Made by a program: the position numbers and the translations under genes. A model generated the notes under the pieces. That model was given only the letters and a program-made list of their open reading frames with translations. It made no database searches and was not told the origin of the DNA. A stretch of 24,000 nucleotides of DNA from Nitrospirota bacterium (GTDB lineage Bacteria > Nitrospirota > UBA9217): NCBI GenBank assembly GCA_013334545.1, contig JAAXXJ010000007.1, forward strand, positions 3,319 to 27,318. The letters run 5' to 3'. How positions within the stretch are numbered: the stretch's first letter is position 1; each line of letters opens with the position of its first letter. Shown piece after piece: positions 8,395-14,270 of the stretch.

Positions 8395-9708
8395 CTAGGG
8401 CTTCTTCCCGCCGGGCTTTGCGGCGCCGGCGGACGGCGCAGTCTTGGCCGCTCCGCCGAGCTTTGCATCGAAGTTATAGACGAAGTTCAGCATGCCGCGT
8501 ACTTCCCGGATGACGTCGGGATTCGAGACGTACTCCACATCGGCGACGACACGGGTCCTTGGTGAGAAGGTGTAACCTGCGGCAGCGGTCCCCGTGTAGG
8601 CATCTGACACGCCGTTGACCGGCTGATCGTAGGACACATGGACGAAATCGAGGGTTATATCCGCTTTGGCGATCTTCTTGAACACGTACACGCGCTGATC
8701 ATCGTAGCAAAGGTCGTCGGACGGCCCGTTCATGCGATGCAGGGCGACCCCGGCGCCGAAGCCGGCGCCCGTGTACACGACGCTGCCTCCCCCATAGGTC
8801 GCCGAATCGTTCAGGACCTGGTAATCGTAGTTCCGATAATCAGCAATGACCGTGACCGGCCCGCCGATGGTTATGGCGATGCTCCCGCCGGCCATGGTGA
8901 CGATCTCGTTCGGATCGATGTTCGTGAACGAGAAGGCGCTCATCAGCATGCTCTGCGTGGTATTGACCGCCGAGAAATATTCTTTATACCAGGTCTTTGA
9001 GGCGTTGAGGTTCAGGCGGAACCATGCAAACGGGCCGATTGCTGCGTGATACTGGTGCTGCATCCAGTTCTTGGACGAACCGTTATAGGACGATGTGCCC
9101 ATGAGCTCCAGCTTGCTCAGCGGCCTGATCCACAGGTCAAGGCCCTCTTCCTTGCGGAAGTCCTTTCCGTCGTTCTTTTCCTTCAGGTAGGACACGCCGA
9201 TGGTGTAGATGCCGGGCAATCCCTGGGAGACCCTGCCGCCGTACGCTGAATCCCCAGAACGCGTGTCGCCGTCGGTCTCGACGGGATTGCCGCCATATGC
9301 CGCGATGGTGAAACCGCCCTTGAGGTCCGTGCGGGCATAGGCACCGTCGATCTGCGCTGAGGCGACCCCCTCATTTACCCGGAGCCTCCCGAAGCTCAGC
9401 GCCGAGTTGCCGGTTTTCCTTTTCAGGGTCACATAGGCGTACTGGAGGTCTCCGGTGGATGTTGAGCCAAACTGCTCGTTCTGCAGATCATACCGGTACC
9501 ATCCTCCGAAATGGAATGAGACGGCATCAGAGCCTGTTTTGCCGGCTGTGAAGCTGAGATATTCATACAGCGGCAGGTACCGCGTGCCATCTGTGGCCTG
9601 GCTGGACTGAAGATAGGTGCGTGACTGCCCCGCAAGGTCGACGGCTGAAGCGGTAAGGGGGAGCGAAACAAGGAGGGACAATGATGCGGCGACGCGAAGT
9701 GATCTCAT
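8395..9708 (-). CDS. outer-membrane beta-barrel (porin-like) protein
   Basis: 437 aa. Sec signal MRSLRVAASLSLLVSLPLTASA|VDLAG. The sequence is rich in alternating aromatic/polar beta-strand patterns (YEYLSFTAG, VSFHFGGWYRYDL, YAYVTLKR, FTIAAYGG, YTIGVSYLK, ADITLDFVHVSY, AAAGYTFS). A beta-signal-like ...GMLNFVYNF is followed by a 24-aa Lys/Ala/Gly/Pro tail. It is the first gene of the operon. Confidence 0.75.
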   Translation of the reverse strand: MRSLRVAASLSLLVSLPLTASAVDLAGQSRTYLQSSQATDGTRYLPLYEYLSFTAGKTGSDAVSFHFGGWYRYDLQNEQFGSTSTGDLQYAYVTLKRKTGNSALSFGRLRVNEGVASAQIDGAYARTDLKGGFTIAAYGGNPVETDGDTRSGDSAYGGRVSQGLPGIYTIGVSYLKEKNDGKDFRKEEGLDLWIRPLSKLELMGTSSYNGSSKNWMQHQYHAAIGPFAWFRLNLNASKTWYKEYFSAVNTTQSMLMSAFSFTNIDPNEIVTMAGGSIAITIGGPVTVIADYRNYDYQVLNDSATYGGGSVVYTGAGFGAGVALHRMNGPSDDLCYDDQRVYVFKKIAKADITLDFVHVSYDQPVNGVSDAYTGTAAAGYTFSPRTRVVADVEYVSNPDVIREVRGMLNFVYNFDAKLGGAAKTAPSAGAAKPGGKKP

Positions 9709-9767
9709 GCTTTCATGCTCCTCGGGAGGGGAGTTTTCACCACAGATACCGCATCTATTGCAAAACT

Positions 9768-9796
9768 ATTGTATAGATTCTTCCTGGCCGTGTCAA
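9768..9796 (-). promoter_or_regulatory. sigma70-type promoter of the barrel-cytochrome operon
   Basis: The minus strand reads TTGACA (9796-9791), a 17-nt spacer, then TACAAT (9773-9768). It lies about 60 nt upstream of the ATG at 9708. The 7-bp inverted repeat ACTATTG/CAATAGT (9765-9771 / 9794-9800) overlaps both hexamers. Confidence 0.65.
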
Positions 9797-9851
9797 TAGT
9801 GCTCACGGTGATCCTGATCACAAAAATGATTCCAGCCGGGTGTCCACGGAC

Positions 9852-9969
9852 GAATCCAGGAGCGAGTGCATTCCCCATTGCTTGCTGCGGGGTTAGCGAG
9901 CAATTAGAATAAATAGTAACTACCTTGAGGATCGAAGATTTCCTGCAGCTTGCTGCAGGGAGCTTCAAT
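9852..9969 (+). repeat. interspersed ~117-bp repeat element, copy A
   Basis: By hand alignment it is about 90% identical to 13000-13116 in the same orientation (roughly a dozen differences including one indel). It contains the direct repeat AGCGAGC (twice), an AT-rich core AGAATAAATAGTA and a terminal hairpin CCTGCAG-cttg-CTGCAGG. Sequence beyond both ends is unrelated. Confidence 0.85.
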
Positions 9970-10158
9970 TGCCCCGTGAGACGTCCGCTCTCGGCACATG
10001 CCTGGGCTCACTGGCCGATCCGGCGATGGGGAAGTCGTCCCTTGATTTCTCCCTTCGGCTAGTGTACCTTTTACCTATATCATCCCTATCGTGGCCTGGC
10101 TGATCGCAGAGGACATGTGAGGGATGAGGAGTTCTGCATATTTCCCAAGGAGGAGCCT

Positions 10159-10722
10159 ATGGACCTGTTCGAAGCGATCAAGACCCGGAGGAGCATCAGG
10201 AAGTATGCCGACAAGCCCGTGGAGGACGAGAAGCTTGAGGCCGTGCTCGAGGCAGTGCGGCTTGCGCCGTCGTGGGCGAACATGCAGTGCTGGCGCATGG
10301 TGGTGGTCAGGGACGCGAAGGTGAAGGAGACGCTGAGCGACCTGTCCTATGTCGAGTCCTACTTCTCCCCGAAGGGGTACAAGGCGAATCCGTCGAAGAA
10401 GGCCCTCGCCGAGGCGCCAATGGTCATCGTCCTGTGCGCCGAGCCGCAGCAGTCGGGGGCGATCTGGGGCCAGAACTACTACCTCGTGGATGCCGGCATT
10501 GCATCGGAAAACCTCATGCTCGCCGCCCGTGCCCAGGGGCTTGGCACGGTCTTCGTGGGCGTCTATGACGAGGTGAAGGTCAAGGGCATCCTGAACATCC
10601 CGGTGAACGTCAGGGTCGTGGGGCTCTTTCCCCTCGGCTATCCGGCAGCGGAGCCGACGACGGGACCTCCCCGCAAGCCGATGCAGGAGATATGCTTCCA
10701 CGGCATGTGGGGAGAGCAATAA
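10159..10722 (+). CDS. nitroreductase family protein (FMN-dependent)
   Basis: ORF 10117-10722. I prefer the ATG at 10159, which follows AAGGAGG by 5 nt. [50 protein letters not shown]... is the canonical nitroreductase N-terminus (RRSxRxY ... APS..N.Q.W). 187 aa. Confidence 0.9.
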   Translation: MDLFEAIKTRRSIRKYADKPVEDEKLEAVLEAVRLAPSWANMQCWRMVVVRDAKVKETLSDLSYVESYFSPKGYKANPSKKALAEAPMVIVLCAEPQQSGAIWGQNYYLVDAGIASENLMLAARAQGLGTVFVGVYDEVKVKGILNIPVNVRVVGLFPLGYPAAEPTTGPPRKPMQEICFHGMWGEQ

Positions 10723-11036
10723 CGCGATAGGCCCCGGCGGAACCCGAGCACATGGTCCCCATCCTGGTCTTATGAGGTGTCCAGGGACGGCTGTCCACGT
10801 AACAGCAATATTCGCCACGTATCGCGGCCAAGCGCCGCATATTCCTACCCCCGGTCTCGTTCATTTTCCTCGATACCCTGAAAATACCCTGCCCGGGTTA
10901 CGTCGGGGTATGGACTCCCAACACAAAAAAGCATATTGTACCAATGCGCCGTACCTGCGAGGTGGGATCGCAGCCCATTTCAATGGAGTGCGGTCCTTGT
11001 CGAGCCGGCAGGATCGGAAGATCGCGACCTACGAGC

Positions 11037-11408
11037 ATGGGCGGTCAAATGAATTCAGGCAAAACGGTTCTTGTTGTCGATGATGATGCCGCAGTACGCG
11101 ATGTGCTTCGCCGATCTTTGGAAAACAATGGTTATACGGTAACCTGTTGTGCTAATGGCGAGTCAGCGCTGCTCATAGCCCGAGAAAGGTCCTTTGACGC
11201 CATCATTATCGACTATCGCATGCCCGGGATCAATGGGGCCATTGTCGCGGCTACGATCCGTGTCCTGATCCCCGGGGCGATTATCATCGGCATAAGCGGC
11301 AGCGATGATGGCAGAAATCTGCTCGCAGCAGGAGCTCATGTGTTCCTAAGAAAACCGGTCGATTTCGACCACCTCCTATCGATCCTCCGAGGAAACCGAC
11401 CGGTCTAG
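11037..11408 (+). CDS. single-domain response regulator (CheY-like receiver)
   Basis: Receiver motifs are present: VLVVDDD (acidic pocket), AIIIDYRMPGING (phospho-acceptor Asp), GISGS and FLRKP (conserved Lys). There is no output domain. The start is uncertain (ATG 11037 or 11049); the track ORF from 10944 adds an implausible Cys/Arg-rich leader. Confidence 0.8.
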   Translation: MGGQMNSGKTVLVVDDDAAVRDVLRRSLENNGYTVTCCANGESALLIARERSFDAIIIDYRMPGINGAIVAATIRVLIPGAIIIGISGSDDGRNLLAAGAHVFLRKPVDFDHLLSILRGNRPV

Positions 11409-11627
11409 ATTCGGACCATGTCCAATCACGGTCTCGCACGGTCTTGTGCCCTGTCAGTGACCAACCGAAGCGACAGCCCACCAAAATACTTGCCAATCAT
11501 TTCGTCTTATAGTACTCTTATCGGCGGGTATCGTGCTGAGGGCTTTCCCGTCGTTCGGTCCTGTCCATCTGCGCTGCGGCAGTGACCTTGTGGCCGGAAC
11601 ACAGGGTTTTCCTGTGAGGAGGAAGCA

Positions 11628-12467
11628 ATGAAAATAACCTGCTGGGGGGCCAGGGGCTCCATCGCGGTGTCCGGGAAGGACTACGTGAAGTACGGCGGGG
11701 ACACGACGTGCGTTGAGGTACGAAGCAAGAACAACGACATCATCATCCTCGACGCGGGCACCGGCATGCGGCGTCTCGGGAACCAGCTCCTCGCCTCCAA
11801 TGAGCGCGACCTCAGCATCCTCTTCACGCACGCCCACTGGGATCACCTCATGGGATTTCCCTTCTTCAAGCCGATCTATATGAAAGGGACGTCGATCGCG
11901 ATGTATGGCTGTCCGTACGCGCAGAAATCCGTCAAGGCCATGATCGGCAACACAATGGTGGCGCCCTATTTCCCGGTGGACTACGGCCTGTTGCAGGCGG
12001 AGATCTCCTCCCACAGTGTGTGCAAGGAATCGTTCCAGATAGGGCCGGTTACCATCACGCCCATAGCCCTGAGCCATCCGAACATGGGGATCGGGTACAG
12101 GCTCGCCGAGGACGGCAAGAGCTTTGTTTTCCTGACGGACAACGAGCTGGCGCACAAGCACCATGGCGGCCTCGGCTATGATGATTACCTCCGGTTCTCC
12201 GAAGGTGCCGACCTGCTGGTCCACGACGCGGAATATACACCGGACCAGTATGCGATGACCAAGGGGTGGGGGCATTCCCTCTATACCGATGCCCTGCGCC
12301 TGGCCATGGAGGCGAAGGTGAAGCAGTTCGGGCTTTTCCATCACAATCAGGACCGTACGGACGCGCAGCAGGACAAGATCGTTGACGACTGCAGAAGCAT
12401 CGCCAAAGAGAAGAAGGCGCAGCTCACCTGCTTTGCCCTCGAGCCGCACATGGAGATTTCGCTGTAG
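11628..12467 (+). CDS. MBL-fold metallo-hydrolase (COG1235/PhnP-like)
   Basis: 279 aa. ATG follows GAGGAGGAAG. It carries the metallo-beta-lactamase signature LFTHAHWDHLMGFPFF and downstream metal ligands (ALSHPN, LVHDAEY, GHS, LFHHN). Confidence 0.85.
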   Translation: MKITCWGARGSIAVSGKDYVKYGGDTTCVEVRSKNNDIIILDAGTGMRRLGNQLLASNERDLSILFTHAHWDHLMGFPFFKPIYMKGTSIAMYGCPYAQKSVKAMIGNTMVAPYFPVDYGLLQAEISSHSVCKESFQIGPVTITPIALSHPNMGIGYRLAEDGKSFVFLTDNELAHKHHGGLGYDDYLRFSEGADLLVHDAEYTPDQYAMTKGWGHSLYTDALRLAMEAKVKQFGLFHHNQDRTDAQQDKIVDDCRSIAKEKKAQLTCFALEPHMEISL

Positions 12468-12669
12468 CCCGGCCCTGCAATTCCCGGATCCTTTCTCCCG
12501 CCTGTTTTTTTCCGGACCCTGCAACGCATGATGCCTTGGATCGCCTGGAGGACAGGGCATGTCCTCCCGAAGAGCGCAGCGCCGCAGGGGCCGCGCACGC
12601 ATGCGGAACAGAACGCCATTCTCTTCGGGCGTCTTCAGACGAAAAATGCGTCCGGGGAACAAATGCCCC

Positions 12670-12714
12670 TTGACAAAAGAAGGCTCGCCTGCTAATGTTA
12701 TGTGCATATGCACA
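12670..12714 (+). promoter_or_regulatory. sigma70-type promoter plus palindromic operator of the DUF134 operon
   Basis: TTGACA (12670-12675), a 17-nt spacer, then TAATGT (12693-12698). It is immediately followed by the perfect 14-bp palindrome TGTGCATATGCACA (12701-12714) over the expected transcription start. AGGAGG at 12719-12724 and the ATG at 12730 follow. Confidence 0.65.
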
Positions 12715-12729
12715 ATATAGGAGGTGTTC

Positions 12730-13044
12730 ATGTCGCCACGGTGCAAGAAACCGCGGAACTGCCGATGCACCTTTAAGGGCAAGGCCTTCAAGCCTACCTG
12801 CGTCCCTATGGCAGAGGTCGAGCAGATCCCCCTCCTGCGGGAGGAACTCGAGGCCTTAAAGCTCTGCGATCTGGATGACCTCACACAGGCGGAAGCCGGC
12901 ATGAAGATGAGGGTGTCGCGAGGGACCGTTCAACGAATACTTGCTGTTGCACGGAAGAAGGTTGCGAAAGCGCTGAGCAAAGGCCAGGCCATCGTATTTG
13001 AATCCAGGAGCGAGCGCATTCCCCGTAGCTTGCCGCGGGATTAG
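12730..13044 (+). CDS. DUF134 (UPF0251) family predicted DNA-binding protein
   Basis: MSPRCKKPRNCRCTFKGKAFKPTCVP...IPLLREELEALKLCDLDDLTQAEAGMKMRVSRGTVQRILAVARKKVAKAL matches the DUF134 pattern: a Cys/basic N-terminus, FKP, then a sigma-70 region 4-like HTH. The last ~15 codons and the stop lie inside repeat copy B. Confidence 0.85.
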   Translation: MSPRCKKPRNCRCTFKGKAFKPTCVPMAEVEQIPLLREELEALKLCDLDDLTQAEAGMKMRVSRGTVQRILAVARKKVAKALSKGQAIVFESRSERIPRSLPRD

Positions 13045-13116
13045 CGAGCGATGAGAATAAATAGTACAACCTTGAGGATCGAAAATTCCCTGCAGCTTGC
13101 TGCAGGGAGCTTCAAT
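13000..13116 (+). repeat. interspersed ~117-bp repeat element, copy B
   Basis: Same element and orientation as 9852-9969. It spans the 3' end of the DUF134 CDS and most of the spacer before the NifX-like gene. The terminal hairpin is CCCTGCAG-cttg-CTGCAGGG (8 bp). Confidence 0.85.
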
Positions 13117-13152
13117 AATCGTCGAAGAAACCATCCTAAGGAGGAACTGCAC

Positions 13153-13533
13153 ATGAAGATCTGTTTTCCCGTCCAGAATGACAAGGGGGTCGAGAGCGCG
13201 GTGTATAACCACTTTGGCTCAGCGCCGGTATTTGTCGTTGTCGATACGGACACGAACGGTATTGCGTCGATCAACAATCGGGACCAGCACCATACCCATG
13301 GCGCATGCAACCCGATGAAGGCGCTTGATGATCAAAAAGTAGACGCGATCGTCGTTGGCGGCATCGGAGCGGGCGCGCTCACAAGGCTGAACCAGATGGG
13401 CATTACGGTGCATCGCTCACAGGGAGAGACCATCCGGGAAAATCTCTCGATGTTCAAAGCGAACAGCCTTCCGGTGTTGACGGTCCAGGGGTGTTGCGGC
13501 GGACATAGCAATGACGGGGGCTGCGCTCATTAG
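13153..13533 (+). CDS. NifB/NifX-family (dinitrogenase FeMo-cofactor-binding fold, Pfam Nitro_FeMo-Co) protein
   Basis: ATG at 13153 follows AAGGAGG. MKICFPVQNDKGVESAVYNHFGSAPVFVVVDTDT...VDAIVVGGIGAGALTRLNQMGITV is the typical NifX/NafY-like core. The Cys/His-rich tail QGCCGGHSNDGGCAH is unusual. The track ORF from 13051 begins inside the repeat and I do not believe that start. Confidence 0.8.
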   Translation: MKICFPVQNDKGVESAVYNHFGSAPVFVVVDTDTNGIASINNRDQHHTHGACNPMKALDDQKVDAIVVGGIGAGALTRLNQMGITVHRSQGETIRENLSMFKANSLPVLTVQGCCGGHSNDGGCAH

Positions 13534-13568
13534 GCGTCACCGTCAAGAGCAAAAAGGAGAAGAGGAAG

Positions 13569-13937
13569 ATGGAAAACAAGGAATTCGTCTTCGTGATCAC
13601 GCATTCGTATGATGCCATTGAACGCGCAGCGGCGGCGCTGCAGCTTGCCACCAACATGGCGGCGTTCGATGCCAAAATAGATTTTTTTCTCATGAACGAA
13701 GGCGTGCATCTGGCGCGAAAGGGATTTGCCGAGTCTGTTACGTGGCAGAAGGGATTTTCTCCCGTCGCGGAGCTCATGAAAAGCCTGGTTGAAGACTTTG
13801 ACTGCAAGTTCTATATTTGCGCTTCGTGCGTGAAACCGTACGGTCTTGAAGGCGCGCAATGGATAAAGAACGCAGAGGTCAAACCGGGGTCCCATCTTGG
13901 GGAACTTCTCATGACGCGTCAGAACGTGACATTTTGA
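13569..13937 (+). CDS. DsrE/DsrF-like (DrsE_2 / sulfur-relay-like) family protein
   Basis: 122 aa. ATG follows AAAGGAGAAGAGGAAG. The pattern FVFVITHSYD...RAAAALQLATNMAAFDAKIDFFLMNEGVHL...FYICASCVKPYGL...VTF fits the DsrE-like fold with its conserved Cys. Confidence 0.7.
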   Translation: MENKEFVFVITHSYDAIERAAAALQLATNMAAFDAKIDFFLMNEGVHLARKGFAESVTWQKGFSPVAELMKSLVEDFDCKFYICASCVKPYGLEGAQWIKNAEVKPGSHLGELLMTRQNVTF

Positions 13938-14126
13938 TCCATGCAAGGGCCGCGAAGGCTGTTACGCATGTTATGGGACAGCCATAGGTGTACGGAGACA
14001 CGAACAGCGGCCCGTAGGAACTGAGCGGTCTGATCACCGCGCGTATTATTGGGTCTATCAGTGGCGCTTTTTTTTGAATAAATGTGATAGTAGCCCAGCA
14101 CATCCAGCCCGCCGATAAACTACATG

Positions 14127-14155
14127 TTGCTTTATCATGCCTCATGATTTATAAT
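14127..14155 (+). promoter_or_regulatory. probable sigma70 promoter upstream of gyrB
   Basis: TTGCTT (14127-14132), a 17-nt spacer, then a perfect TATAAT (14150-14155). This would give a leader of about 110 nt that contains the G-rich motif GCAAGGGTCAAGGG (14168-14181). Confidence 0.5.
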
Positions 14156-14270
14156 CTGCGCCGATTAGCAAGGGTCAAGGGTCCAGGAACATCAAACCCC
14201 TGAATTCGGCTGTTCCCGGTGATCTCGGTGCCCTCGGTGGCGAGATTGTTGCTTGATCAGGAGGTCTTGC

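Noticed and set aside
5445-8565. Multiple plus-strand ORFs (5445-5903, 6129-6647, 6687-7616, 7729-8565, 7934-8383, 8067-8513) opposite the cytochrome genes
   Set aside because: They are antisense to CDSs with dense CXXCH motifs. Their products are Arg/Ser/Cys/Ala-rich low-complexity sequences, and no RBS or start context supports them.
9705-9968. Small ORFs running through the ~117-bp repeat (9705-9968 minus, 9715-9912 plus, 12856-13212 minus, 13041-13310 minus, and the 13051 start of the NifX-like ORF)
   Set aside because: Their similarity to each other comes from translating the same non-coding repeat. They overlap a promoter or real genes and lack RBSs.
10075-10818. 247-aa minus-strand ORF overlapping the nitroreductase gene
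   Set aside because: The plus-strand gene has a strong RBS and canonical family motifs. The antisense product is Arg/His/Leu/Pro-rich with no domain.
12468-12669. Possible riboswitch or small RNA in the 200-nt MBL-DUF134 spacer (hairpin GGAGGACA-gggca-TGTCCTCC at 12547-12567, T7 run at 12504-12510, 90-aa antisense ORF 12347-12619)
   Set aside because: The DUF134 promoter lies downstream of these hairpins, so they are not in its leader. No conserved riboswitch core was recognisable, the T-run lacks a good preceding stem, and the antisense ORF is Cys/Ala/Arg-rich and overlaps the MBL gene end.
11454-12902. 482-aa minus-strand ORF spanning the MBL hydrolase gene and the DUF134 promoter
   Set aside because: It is a shadow ORF. 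It crosses an intergenic region with a clear promoter for the opposite strand, and its translation has no recognisable motif.
13938-14126. ORFs 13909-14145 and 13919-14101 (minus) and a possible terminator at the T8 run (14068-14075)
   Set aside because: The ORFs have no RBS or motif and sit in a spacer. I could not find a convincing GC stem directly preceding the T8 run, so I did not call a terminator.
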